In this document: one piece after another, positions 40,201 through 53,761 of the stretch
Layout of the letters: the number at the start of each line of letters is the position of its first letter
Numbering within the stretch: the first letter of the stretch is position 1
From: Eledone cirrhosa
Taxonomy: Eukaryota
Direction of reading: 5' to 3'
DNA: 64,000 bases
Assembly (NCBI GenBank): GCA_964016885.1
Contig: OZ024761.1
Coordinates: 620,001-684,000, forward strand
Notes under the pieces: model-generated
The model's database searches: none
What the model was told of the DNA's origin: nothing
What the model saw: only the letters and a program-made list of their open reading frames with translations
Made by a program: the position numbers and the translations under genes

Positions 40201-42996
40201 CCCTATCCTTATTTCTAACTAGAACCCTATCTAGGTACGATCTAGATGTTCCGCTACGATTACTCCACGTCCACAGTGGCACAGTCGGAAAATCTAGTCG
40301 ATATCTATCGGCCAGGTCAAATCGGTCGATTAACTGTTTGAGGCTGTTACACCCCCCCCCCCCTTTATCGGGACATGCTCCCACATAGTCCCAACGTGCA
40401 TCTAGGATTCCATTCCAGTCCCCCACTAAAAGCAAGGAGCGGGACGTTCCCAGAAAAGTCTCTAGACGTTTGAAGAAGTCTGGCCGTGGTGTCCCGGATG
40501 GGGCATATGCGGCCACCAGCCTGAAGGCTCCACCTTCACTACCGTCGACGTCTAGGACCACCAGTCGACCCTCCGGGTCCAGATGTATCGTCTGTGTTAC
40601 GAGGCCCTGGTGTTTCCGCAGCAAAACGGCAACTCCGCCCCCACCCCCGGTTGACAGAGAGATGCGTAGATCTCAAAGTCATCGAAGATGGGGGCCAGCT
40701 GTCGCTCGCTGTGGATCCTGGACTCGCAAATGGCTACCACATCCATACTGTGCGACCTGAGGTCGTTTAAGAGTTTGCCCTGTTTCCAGGGCATCCCCAG
40801 GCCGCGTACGTTCACACATCCAACTCTTATATTGGCCATGTTGGTGCTGAAAAGTTAAAAGAGGAAATGAGATCACTCACCCTTCGTCTCCTGGGGACCA
40901 GGCCGCACGATTTCCATGTGGGTGTTGGAGGGGTTGTCTTGATGGGTGGTGGTTTCCGGCGGGGTGGGGACAGAGATGTTTGGTGGGGTGGGGTCTGATG
41001 GGATGGGGGTGTCTGGGGTGGGGAGACATTTGAGAAGGACGCGGTTGAGTGGTTTCACGCAGGAATTCCCCACATCCTTCTCAAATGTTTCTTTTAGAGA
41101 CCTATAAGTTTGTATAGGGACCCTAATCAGTTTTAGGTTCAGTTTTTTGCTATTTTTGTGGGCAAAAGTTTTCCCTTCGGTTTTCACCGAAGGGTCGTTC
41201 GTGATGGTCTCCATTAGTGTTTTGTTTTCAGTGTTTATGTAAGTGTAAGTGTAATTTTCTTGTGTTGTGTTTGTTTTTGTCTGTAGTTCTTGTGTGTGCT
41301 TTCGTTTTGTTGTAGGTATTTTGTTTTCAGGAGGTGGGGGTTTTATTTGTGATGTTTTTGTTGTTTGTGTTGGTGGTTGTATGTTTGTGGTAGTGTTTGC
41401 TAGTTTTTGCTTTTGTGATGTCTTTTCTTTCTTTTCGAGCGATGGGGTTCTCCCTCGTCTTCACTGGGTGATGGCGAGATAGCCTCATCTGTTGTATCGT
41501 CTGTGTGATTGGGGAGGGGTATGTCTTGGGGAGCTGTTGTGTCTGTATGTGATTTTGCAGTGGTTTTAGGTGGAGTGGGGTTGGGTGGGACTGTGTTTGT
41601 TGTGGTTATTTTTGTGTGTTGGTGTTGTTGTTGTTGTGGTGGTGTTGGTGGTTGTGTTGTTTTGATGGGTGTCGGCAGAAGAGCCTTTTTTTAGTTCATT
41701 AATTTAGGACAGGAAGCCCTCAGGTGACCCCTGCTAAAGCAATGGTAACATGAAGGCCGCCTACCCTCAACCGAAAAGTTTATGTAGGTGAGTCCGTCCA
41801 GGAGTACACGTTGTGGGATCATAGCTATTCGCTCTGGGCTCATTTGCACCAGAACTTCAATGCTAGTCCCATTGAATACATCTCTGGAGGACTTTCCTAC
41901 TGACAGTATTCTGTCTTCATCAAAATTGATGAAGCCGCACAGTATCCACCATATGTTCACCTTTGGTGTGACACTCGTGATTCTGATCTTTTGTGTCCTT
42001 TTTCCCATGTATGTAGGGGAAACGGTGTACAGGTGGGATACAATTGGCGACACAGAGTAATTTTGGGCCGTCAATTGATCCTTCATGAGTACCGAAATAC
42101 TCCCAAAAAGTTTGCTTCTTTGAATGAATGCAATATCATTCATTGAATTTTTGAAAACCAGTTCAATTTCTTTCTGTGACAATTGGACTGGTTTTCGGGT
42201 AGAATTGGAAACTGTCCTAAAAACTATCGTTTTGGGAGCAGTTTCCTTGCGAATTTCTACCGGAGAATTGATGCTGAAAGCACCATTTTTTTCGCAAGTG
42301 ACATAACTCCTAGCGTCCTTTAAAAGTTGTTCAGCATTTGTTATGTCGAGATATATCAATTCCTCCTTTTTTTAACTTTCTCTGCAAAGGAGATTTTTGG
42401 TTTGTTTGTGGAATCCGTATTGGTGGTGTTGTCATTATTGTTGTTATTGTTGTTGTTATTCTTGTCACCGATGTTGATATTATTCGTATTTTCCTTGGTG
42501 TTGTTGTTGTCTTTGATGCTGGTGTTATTGGTGTTGTCTTTATTTTTTTCTTTGTTGTTGTTATCATTGTTGCTTTTATCATCATTATTGGTGTTGCTGT
42601 TATTTTTGTGATCATTGAGCTGTTTGGTGTCATTTGTGTTGTTTGGATATGAATTCGTTTTTACATTTTCATTTCGTCTTTCCATCTCTATAGTATCTAG
42701 TGAAGAAGACGTTGTTGACTGCGAGCTTTGTAGTCTTACCTCCTCTCCACCACCATTATCGTTGGACGCAGCGTTCATAACGTAATCAAACTTTTACCAT
42801 ATTTTTTCCAAGATTCGATGGAGAAAAAATTTTTCAAATGGATATTCCACCCCTGTAGGGGCGAAAATGAGTTGACCCACCACCTGAAGGTCCAGACTGG
42901 GGGTCAAGTTACACAATGATATAAAATTTAACTAAAAACTTACGTTTTTTTCTTACATAAATTAACGGAAACTTCTCCGCGAAGTTACACACGTCT
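37255..42996 (-). mobile_element. Full-length Tx1/L1-type LINE (frameshifted)
   Basis: ORF1 42778->40873 with CCHC knuckle CYHCFSRGHLRASC. ORF2 40839->37493 has APE, RT and Cys domain in 4 pieces. AATAAA at the 3' end. Confidence 0.96.
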
Positions 42997-43032
42997 GATA
43001 GATAGATAGATAAATAGATAGATAGATAGATA

Positions 43033-43666
43033 ATTTTCTTTTTATTTGCCACCAGGGTATCAAAAAGTGGGACAAGTACAATGGGGGGAGTTTACATAAC
43101 AAGGCGTCCGCAATAAGGAGGAGGCAATAACAATGTATAAAATATGACAAAATAGATTTTATAACAAAATCCTCAATAGGGAGGAGGCGCCTTGGGGGGT
43201 CGCACACACCCCCGAAAAAAAGTGTGCAACCCTTCTCCTCAGGAGCACAGAGAGGAGGTGCTCCCTTGATTTTTCATCTTCCTCACCTATAGTCTTATGT
43301 AGAGTGAAGGCCCATTCACACGGGCCATTCTCGCCACTTTCACCCATCTTTCATAAAAACGGCTGGGGTGCAGCACCTCTCTCTCCATCCTGATCCTTCT
43401 TCCGAAATGATATCGGAAGAAACGGACCAGTTGTTGGCCAGAGAGAAAGGTGTCTGACCTCAGTCCTTTCAGACGCGTCCACCATACAACCTCTTTCGCC
43501 ATGGCTATTACGCACAGAAACACCGCCTCTCCTTCGTTTTTGAAGAGGGGAGGCGGCTTGATCGTTACAATAGACTCGGTGGTCAACCGGATCGGTCCCA
43601 CCCTTGACAGCAGTTGTTCGACATAGCCCACAGATCGCCAATGCCCGAGCAGTGTACCAATGCGTG
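43033..43666 (-). mobile_element. 5'-truncated Tx1/L1-type LINE in (GATA)n
   Basis: ORF 43287..43631 is nearly identical to the end of 23730..24353. (GATA)n on both sides. Confidence 0.93.
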
Positions 43667-43883
<217 letters not shown>

Positions 43884-43932
43884 TTATTGATCAAATGATT
43901 AAGGAATGTATTAGCCAAGTAAAGACACTCAC

Positions 43933-44014
43933 GGCTCCAGTGTAGTCTTTTGGAACTCCTGCATAAACATCTTCACCTTCTAAGCTGTTTATAATTCTAC
44001 CTTTCATAATGTTT
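43933..44014 (-). CDS. LGMN: Legumain exon 3 (KNIMKGRIINSLEGEDVYAGVPKDYTGA)
   Basis: ttacAG acceptor, GTGAGT donor, 82 nt, phase compatible. Carries the DVYxGVPKDYTG motif. Confidence 0.96.
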
Positions 44015-44169
44015 CTGTAATATATACATAACATATTATATAACTATGTAATACATACATAACATATTATATAACTCATATTATATAAGGGATTGGCAGT
44101 CCCATTAGAGCATTGGACAATATGCTTCACAGCATAGAGTCATGGCCTTTTACGTTCTGAGTTCAAATA

Positions 44170-44520
44170 TACATTTGTCCCCCGGTATTCGCAGGGGTTA
44201 CTTGCGAAGAGTGAAAAACCACGAACATTGGACATAGTCCATAAAAATGCCTATAAACGTCAAAACATAATGTAAGATATAGGCTGGCAAATACGGTATA
44301 TTGTTATTAATAATTTAGCATTAAAAAGCATGAAAAAATATATATTGCCACAAAAAAAGCCATTAAAAAAATCACAAAAGATATTTACAATTCTGTGAAT
44401 ATATGCTGGTTTCCACGAACAATTATTAGTTAGGTTCTAAGAAAAAAATCTGCGAATAACCGGGACCACCAATGTCGGAACCGTGAATGCCAAGACCGCA
44501 AATGCTGGGGGTACACTATA
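44170..44520. mobile_element. MITE, Tc1/mariner (Tigger-like), inserted into a SINE
   Basis: Imperfect TIRs ca..tgtcccccggtattcgc / gcaaatgctgggggtacact, flanked by TA, interrupting a SINE just after its B-box. Confidence 0.55.
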
Positions 44521-44851
44521 CTGCTATATCTTAGAGAAATACAACATAATTATTTCTAGTATAGGCACAAGGCCAGTAATATGGGGGCAGGGCAGGGGGG
44601 GGGGGGAAGTCGATTAAATCGACCCCAGTGCGTGACTGGTACTTTATTTTATCGAACCTGTAAGGATGAAAGGCAAAGATAACCTCAGTGGGATTTGAAC
44701 TCAGATCATAAAGGGCCGTAACTCTATGTTGCAAAGCATGGCATCCCACTCTCTACTGATACTGATACTGCCAATCTGCCGCCCTATAGAGAAATACAAC
44801 TTAATGCAATACAATTTGTCATGATTCAGAGTAGAGAACATAATCCCTCAC

Positions 44852-44949
44852 TTTGTATTGAAAGCAATATCATCATACATCATAACCACAATTCTTTCGT
44901 CTGGAATTCCGTTGTTGTTCAACACATGGTAGGCATGGCAGATGTCAGC
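44852..44949 (-). CDS. LGMN: Legumain exon 2 ([32 protein letters not shown])
   Basis: ttttctcacAG acceptor, GTGAGG donor, 98 nt. Carries the ADxCHAY and MMYDDIA motifs. Confidence 0.96.
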
Positions 44950-46093
44950 CTGTGAGAAAAAGATATTTTTTTAAATGTATTTATTTATTTATTTATTTAA
45001 TTTTTACTGGTTTCAATCATTGAATTGTGGCCATTCTTAGACACGAAGTTTTAATCAACCAAATAGATCCCAATAGCATATTTCTATAAAAGCTTGGTGC
45101 TTATTTCATCAAGCTCTATATGACGATCTACTAAGTTACAGGCCATAAATGAACAGCACTGGTTCATTCTTCCACGCTAGCATGGGTTTGACGGGTTGTC
45201 CTGTTGTGGGTAAACCCAGGTCGGGTGACCTTGTCTTGCTCATATGGGAACTGATTCTGGCTTGATTTCTACAGATGGATGCCCTTCCTAACACCCACCT
45301 CATTTACAGTGAGTACTGGGTGCTTTTTTACAGTGGCACCTACACATCTACTTTACAGTGTAGACTGGGTGCTTTTTTACTGTGGCACCTCCACGACCAC
45401 TTTACAGTGTGGGCTGAGTGTTTTTTTGAGTGACACCTAGACGACTACTGTGCAGTGGAAGCGGGTGGGGGCATACTGTCTATATGCTTCAGCTTTGGCT
45501 TGTACTCATTGGAAGTCGGGTCTTCTGTATAACTGCGTGACGCCAGAGGTCATAGTCCTGTGTCATCGCCTTTGAGAGGTGCAAATGGGCAAGGTCAGCT
45601 TGTATCACCTCGTAAATGTAAATGCTTAGGTTTAAGGCAAAATTTCCTTATTTGAACAATAATAACGATGACTAACAGCTTGAAGAAAATTTCAATACAG
45701 TAAAGTAAAATTCAGAATCTGAGGAGTGTAGGGTCTGTGTCAATAGAAGAACTTCAGAGACTCAAGTAAGGAACCGAGAAAGACGGGTCACACTTGGAGA
45801 TCCAGCCAGATCAGTTGGAGACAGTTGCTTCTGACAGGATCTGCTGGAAGGAGTGTTTAAGATCTCTGCCACCATGACCCTCTCAGGAATAAGTGGGTGA
45901 AGAAGACGAAGAACAACAACATTTGGCTGGACTGCAGATCCTCCTCATCGTCATCTAAAAATACATTATTGGGAGTCATTGCAGGTAAAAAAAAAAAGGT
46001 TTTGCTCATATCAGTGCAATAGTCAACAGACATCAGAAGAGGAAAAAATGCAGAAAAAATGTTTTAAAAAAATATTGTGGGTTGTTACTTTAC

Positions 46094-46168
46094 CTGGTGA
46101 CGATAGTTGTTCCAACCACAGGAACCAGCAACCAACAATGCCCAGTGTGTAGTAAAATTGTCAGACAT
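46094..46168 (-). CDS. LGMN: Legumain coding exon 1 (MSDNFTTHWALLVAGSCGWNNYRHQ)
   Basis: Hand translation gives the C13 N-terminal motif HWALLVAGSxGWxNYRHQ. Donor GTAAAG follows. There is an in-frame TGA 7 codons upstream of the ATG (46187-46189). Confidence 0.92.
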
Positions 46169-47373
46169 TTCTAGTATTTCAAGTTTTCAGTTCAAATAGG
46201 GAGCTAAAATCTTTAAAAGAAGCAAGAGGGAAGACAAAAGTTTTAGCTTGAACATAATGCAGTGGCTATTACAACAATTACTCAGAAACCAACTCAGATT
46301 ATGTGTGGAGTTTCAGTGTCTAAACCAGGCATGGGCGACCTTTTTAAGGCGAGCTCACACTACTAAAAAATTCAAGGCAATTTTGAAATTAGGTGTGCCA
46401 TTCAGAATGCCAAACGGGCTGCAGTTTTTTTGAAGGGGAAACCTTGAGAACATTTTTTGGAAAATAAAAATACAAACTTCCAGATGGATTTCTGGCAGTT
46501 TTGACCCCTACCGACGGTACTGCTGATCCATCCAGGGTCAAAGCGTCTGACACAAGCCAAAGTGTTGTCCATAGAGTAAGAGACAATCTAATCTAATCTG
46601 GCCGAGTTTACACTTGCAAATAAGAAGAACCAGGGCCGCCCCTAGGAGCATTGGATTTGGTGTACTTCATATTTGTTTTGGTTGCTGAATAAAATCAGGG
46701 GTCGCTGCTTCTCCTGAAAGTCAATAGTTCTCTTCTAACTCGAGCGGGAGCACCTTTCCATTGTCAATTTGCATTGATCATCTGCAAAGCCGCATTGTTC
46801 TCAGAACCACTACACCAGTCTCTCAATGCGTGCAGCTGGAACTACTGCCACCTATTGATTTAGCTGGATTTTTTTTCCAGATGGCCGTTGACTCACAAGC
46901 GCTACTGGTAGTGTGTAACCCAATACAACCTGTTGCATGGTCAAGTAATCAGGTCATCGGCGACTAAACCGGCAACCTCACCAAGTTTACTTGGTGAGGA
47001 GGGTGATTTTGGACAGCCTGCAGGGCAAAAAACAAAACCTGATAAAGGGTAAGATGGAACAATAATCTATAGCAAATAAGCCATAACAGGTACACATATG
47101 ATGACGAGGATAAAAAATTGTGCTTTTTATAGCAACAAAAGTCTCGTGAAACTGGAACAAAATAAAAGAAAGAAAGAAAAAAGAAAACGGAAGGAAAAAG
47201 GCAAGAAGAAAATAAGATATCATGTTAAAAAAGTGTAAACCATTAGAATTATTGGAGGGTGAAGAGAGAACGCGTTCAACACACATTTGTAATAAGAAAC
47301 TTAGAAAAATGGCCTCAGCCGGATGGCTGAAACAGGTAAAAGAGTAAAAGAGTAAACCAAACAAGGCAAAACA

Positions 47374-47404
<31 letters not shown>

Positions 47405-47517
47405 CATACATACATGATGATGATGATGATGATGATGGCTGCCTCCTCGTTATCAAGTATGGCCGTTGCATGAAAAAAAAACATAATAACAATAACGACA
47501 ATAATAATAATAATAAT

Positions 47518-50500
47518 GATTTCATTTATTGGCAACAAGGGCCGACATATAGGGGACAATACAAAAGACTGGGACAGTGGGTTTTACAGAAAAATCGTGT
47601 AAACAATATGAATAAACAAAGTAACAATAACAAAGTAACAATAAAGTAACAATAAAATTACAACAAGAAAAAATTCCCCAATAGGGGGGATGACCACCTA
47701 GGGTTCGCTCAGGTACCCCACCAGCCTTGAACGACCCGATGCTTCGAGAGCACCCTGGAAGGGCACCCCTCTCCTCTTCAAATTTACCTACCTACAGCCG
47801 CATAACCAGAGTAGGCCCACTCACACGGGCCATTCTCGCCACATTCACCCACCTTTCAGCAAATGTACTGGGGGGCAGCACTTCTCTCTCCACCCTCACC
47901 TTCCTTTCCAAGTGAAACTTGAAAAAGTTGATGAGGGATTGGCCGAAGAGAAAAGTGTCTGTCTTCAGTCCTTTCAACCTCGTCCACCATACAACCTCTT
48001 TCGCTACTGCCACCAGACAGAGGAAAATTGACTGCCCTTCCTGGCCAAAAAAAGGCGGGGGGTCGATCTTCACTATGGACTCGGCCGATAGCCGGATCCG
48101 TTCTACACGCGACAACAGCTGTTCAACATAACTCCACAAGTCAGTAATGCACTGACACTGGACGAGTGCGTGCAGAACGGTTTCGTCGCTCTGCGTGCAT
48201 CTCGGGCAGGTCCGTCTGACAGCACTTCCGTGCCTGTAGAGTTTATCTCGAACCGGCAGTGCACCCCGGTAGCACTGCCAAGCGAGAGATTTTTGAAAAT
48301 TATCCATCGTCCCCGGCTCGAAAGTCCTCCGGTACAGACTGGTTAGTTCGACTTCGTTGACTCCCAGAGCCTCTCCGAGTGCGTCGTCGCACTTGCCCAC
48401 CACTAATCCTCTATAGAACTCGAGAGTGGAAGTTCCACTGACCGCATTGCCCGCCTGGTAGAGGGCAGTGAGTGCCTGGCAACATTCCAGATGCCAGTCA
48501 CCCAGTCTCGGTCTCTTCTTGACCCAGGACTGCAACTCAGTCAAAGAAACGAGCTGCGGAAAGGCCCGTCTGACAAACGGCGACCACACCTGTTCACCGT
48601 TTAGACAGAATATCTGGAGATGCCGCAGCCTCAGCGCGTGCCTGCGCATCATTAGCCACGGCATGCCCAGCCCTCCACGTAGAGGGTGCTGGCAGCAGAT
48701 GGACCGCCTCAGCAGCGGAACCTGACCCCTCCACAAGAATTTGAAGAGGAGCCGCTCCAAGATGGCGAGGCGCGAACGGGGGCAAGGGACGACAGTCAGA
48801 CGGTAGTAGATGACGGACGCGAGGTACGCGTTCGCCACCTCCGCCCGACCTTTCAGTGATAGCTTCATCCCAGCCCATTTCTGGGTGAGACTGATTAACC
48901 TGCCCGTCACCTAGTCCCAATTCTTATCCACCTGGAGGTCTGGACCGAACCAAACCCCTAGCAACTTTACCGGTCCGTTCGTCCAGCGCCTAACGATGCT
49001 GTTGGACGGCATGGACTTGCCTCTCCAGGTGCCGAGTTGCAAGCCTACTGACTTTTCCGGGTTAAGTTTTGCTCCCGTCAACCTTTCATATTCCTCCAAT
49101 AAGTTGCCGACCACCTCGATTTCTGAGGTGTCCGACACCATCACGGTGATGTCGTCCGCATAAGCCGACACAGCCTTTCCGCGTCCCGGTTCGAGCGGGA
49201 TGCCCTGCAACAGCTCCAGCTTCGGCAGTAAAGGCTCTAGAGTCAATACGTACAGAAGGGAGGAGAGAGGGCACCCTTGACGAACCGATCGGGAGACCTG
49301 AAACGGTTCCGAGAGGTGGCCATTAATTTTGACCATCGAGTAGGTGCCGCTGTGCATTGCAGCGATCCAGCTTCTGAAGACGGGGCCGAAGCCAGCCGCC
49401 TTGAGGACAGCCTCCAGGTACCGATGGTCGACCCTATCGAATGCTTTCGATTGATCTAAATTGATCAGAGCCCCACCGAAGCCAGGTTTACACCCCACCC
49501 TCTCTATGATGTATCGCATTAGGTGGAGGTTGTCGTGTATGGACCTGGTTGGGATTGCGCAAGTTTGCGCAACCAAATCCCCGACGACAAGCGCCAACCT
49601 CTTCGCTAACACTCTGGCCAAAATCTTAAACTCTGTGTTGAGCAGAGTTATGGGCCTGAAATTGTCTAATGTGTCCCTCTTGTTCTCGTCTTTCCTTATC
49701 AGCTTCACTACGCCCCGGTTCACAGAACTGGGAATACTCCCGTTTTGCTGCTAGTTGCAGTAGAGGGCTTCGAGGAGATTGGAGAACAAGTCTGGCATAT
49801 TTACGTAAAGCTCGTAGGGCAGACCATCCAAACCGGGTGACTTGCGCCTCATGCAGCTGACAAAGGCATCCTGAATCTCGGCTGAAGTAATTCGCCTTTC
49901 GCAGCGCCCAGCGTCAGCCGTCGAGAGTTGCGGCAAGCCATCGAGGTAGGGACTGAAGTCCGCCACCATCTCTGACCCGCCACTTCCCCCGAACAACCGA
50001 GCAAAATGTTGGCGAAAGGCCTCACACATCCGCTTGGAATCGTTCAGCTCGTGTCCGTCTCGGTCAGTCAAAGACCGAATCGTGGTTTTATTACCACGCT
50101 GGGCCTCTGCCACGCAGGCCCATCGAACAGCTTTGGTTCCCTCGTTTCTCAGAGCACGCGCCTTAGCTCTGACAATGCAACCTTCGTGTTTCGCATTGAA
50201 GAAATGGTCTAATGCCATTCTCGCCGCTAGCACGTCAGTTGCAATGCCACTACCAATAGCCTCGTCTAACTTATCTACCAACTCCCCTTCCTTTCTATTT
50301 TTCTTTAACGCTACTTCTTTGCTAAACTCTATCGACATTACTCTAATCTCTCTTTTGAGAGTCCCCCACCATCTATTGTTGACGACTCCCCCTGTCAACT
50401 TTTTCTTAACTAAATTGTTGACCTGGTCCCTGTAAGCCTTACGAGCCGGAAATGACATGTTTAACTTCCAGTAACCAGGTCCTAACCTACTCGTCTTATC

Positions 50501-53413
50501 TAGGTCGACCATACAGATCACAAACTTGTGATCTGAATAGGCGACCGTTTCAAAACGTGGACAGCTTACACTATTTCTGTCTATTTTCCTAATGAATATC
50601 CTGTCTATATACGATCTAGATGACCCTATGCGGTTAGCCCAGGTCCACACTGGCGCATTAGGGAAATCTAGTCGGTACCTGTCAGACAGTTGGAACTGGC
50701 TGATCAGGTTCTTGAGGCTTTTGCATCCCCCGCTCCTATCGGATACTCCCACACAGTCCCAGCGTGCGTCTAAGATGCCGTTCCAGTCCCCCGCTAACAG
50801 TAAAGGGCGAGACGTACCCAGAAAGGCTTCCAGGCGTCTAAAGAAGTCCGGCCATCCTGCCCCAGTAGGAGTATAGACGGCCACCAGTCTAAAGGCACCA
50901 CCTTCATTATTGTTCACGCCCAGGACCACCAACTTTCCGTCCGGATCCCGGAAGATCGACCTTACCTCCAGATCTAGGCCTTTCCTAAACAGCACTGCCA
51001 CCCCGCCTCCCATTCCCGGCTGGCTAACAGATGCAAAGATCTGATAGTCGTCGAAAATGCGGGCTAGTGCGCGCGTGTCGGAAATCCTGGTCTCGCTGAC
51101 TGCAATTACATCCATTTCTATAGACCTGAGGTCGTTGAGCAGGTGACCCTGCTTCCAGGATTATCCCAGGCCTCGAACATTTAAACATCCTACTCTTAAT
51201 ACGGCCATGTTGGCAGGTTAAATAGAGAGAGAGGAAGGTTTACTTACCTTCCGGGCTCTTGTGAAGGTCGGGTTGTTCGACCTCCATAGTTAGTGGGGTT
51301 TCTTTTGGGAACCCCTTTAAAAGTCTTGAAGTGGGTTTTACGTTCGGGGTTCCCACGTCCCGAGGAAAGCTGTCTCGTATTTCTTTGAATATGTCGAGCG
51401 ACATTCGCACCAGAACCAAATCTTCCGGCACGCGAAATGTGCTCGATTTAAAAATGTCCCCCTCTTTTTGTATATTTTCACTTCGTGCTACGAGGGCCAT
51501 CAGTTCCTTGTTGGCCCGCTTGACGAGCACGAAGTTTTGTATGTTTTGTTGGTGTGATTTTATTTGTTTGCGTGGCTGTGGTGGTGATGGTTTTGGTGGT
51601 GTTGTTTCGGTTGTGTCTGTGGTTTCAGATGTTTGTGTGTATATTTGTTCTTGCGTCTGTTTAGGTTGTTTGCGTTTGGGGGATTCTGGTGATGGTGATG
51701 GTGGTGTTGATGTTGGTGTTATTGGAGAGATGTTTGCGTGGGTGGTGTCTGCGTTTTTTATTGTGGGTGCTTTTGTGCTTTGTTGAGTTTTTTTTTCTTT
51801 TTGTGTTTCCTCTTTTGTATTTTGGGGGATTTGGGATTTCCTTCATTTTCACTACTGGTAGATGAGGGGTCTGTGTCTGTAAGTGTGTCTGTATGTATGT
51901 TTAAGGTTTTATTGGTGTGTGTATTTTGGGGGGAGGGGGAATTTGACAGCTTTCCTCGTTTCCCCCCTGGGTGGTCAATGTTGGTGGTGGTCTTTCTATT
52001 GGTGTTGTTGTTGGTGGTTTTGCCGGTGCAGGTGTTGGTTGTGGTCCTCGCCCCGGCGACGGCAGCAGTGGAGCCATTCGACCCCTTGCTTCTTTCAGCA
52101 GTTGAGGGCAGAAGGCTCGCAAATGGGTTTTTTCCCCACAAACAAAACACTGCGGCCTTTTGCCTTCGGTCATAATGTGAATGACCGTCCCATTCTGAAG
52201 GCGGGTGTGGTCTGGGATTGTCTTCACATTCTCGGGCCTGATCTGGAGAAGGATCTCCAGGTCAACCCCGGACCAGTCCTCTCTGGCCGTTCTGGTCACT
52301 TCTATAGGGACTGTATCCGTCCCCTCCACAATCACACATCCCAGAAGCCACCACATGTCAAGTCCTGGTGGGATTCTGGGAATTCGGAGACGGGCCGTTC
52401 TTTTTCCCATGTGGGAGGGGTGGGTACATTATGACCTTGCTGGTTTTGCAAGGAGTCATAGCGTGTTTCATAGCGAGGGCTTCTGACTTGAACAACACCG
52501 AAATGGTGCCGTACTGTCTGCCCCTCTCTATCTACTGGGTGTCTTCTCTGATGCACCTCAGCGCGACTTCGACATCTTCTTGTGGGATTAAAGCTGCCCT
52601 TTTGGTTTGTTCTGAGATGCATCTATAATGCACCGTTTTGCGCTCCACTGCCTCAATAGCTTCTACCGGGACAGTTAAGTTGGCCCAGGTTTGCTCTTGC
52701 TTGATGAGCTTCCATGCCTGGGCCAACTTTTCATCTTTGTTTGAGAGGTTCATGTTGAAGCATGGCCTCTTTTTTGCTGCTGCCGCAGCGAAAGTGTTCT
52801 TGTTTTCGTTGGGGGTGTTGTTGTCGTTGTCGTTGTTCTTGTTGGTGTTGTTGTTACCACTGTCGCTGTTATCATTGTTGTCTTTGTTGCCACTGTTGTT
52901 CTCGGTGCAGTTGGTATTGTTGCTGTTGGTGTTGTCGCTATTTGTTTTCATGTTAGTGGTGTTGATATTGTTGTTGCATTTGTTTTTTTTTTTCGTTATC
53001 TGTATTTTCGTTGTCGCTGTTACTGTCATTTTTTTTCAAAATTAGAGTTCTCATTGGTATCATTGGTGTCTTTGTTTACATTGTTTGTGGTGGTGTTTGT
53101 GTTATCAATTTGTGTTAATTTCGCTGTAGCGCTCCTACGTCGTTGTCGCACGACAGCAGACATTTCGCTGGGGCGGGGGGGGGGGGGGGGGCTGGCTGGC
53201 TCAGCCATGTTTTTTTTCTCCGCAAATTTTTTAACATGTAAAAAAAAAGTTCAAATATTTGGGCCAAAAGGCCCAAATATTATACTTTCCCCTTCACAGG
53301 GCAAAGTCTAAGGGCTTATATCCCTTACACAACAAGAACTATTTAACAACAAATAATTTTAACAGGCAAATAAAGCGACTTACTGGGAGCGAGCAAAATA
53401 CGTCCGATTAGAC
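47518..53413 (-). mobile_element. Full-length Tx1/L1-type LINE, second family, in (AAT)n
   Basis: ORF1 pieces 53208->51240 (CFVCGEKTHLRAFC). ORF2 about 51209->47792 with in-frame stops. (AAT)n on both flanks. Confidence 0.96.
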
Positions 53414-53761
53414 TAATAGTAATAATAATAATAATAAAAATTATAGAAAAATTATAGTCGAAAAATTATAGAACAGAACACAGACAGAGGCAAACGCAAC
53501 AATGGACACGGGTTTCAAAAGTTTTGAACACAACAACCCCTACTTCCCTTAGCAGCAGCAGCAACAGCAACACTAGTAACCGATGTTACTGGCCTTGTAA
53601 AACGAAAAACGCAAAGGAGAAAAACAAACAAAAAAGGGAGAGAGAAAAAGGAAAGAAAAGCTAAGTCAAACATTCAAACATTACAATGAAACTTGTGTTT
53701 GTTTTTGTTGTTGTTGTTTGTTTTTTTAGGTTTTTATCTATTTGTTTGTTTGTTTATTTAT

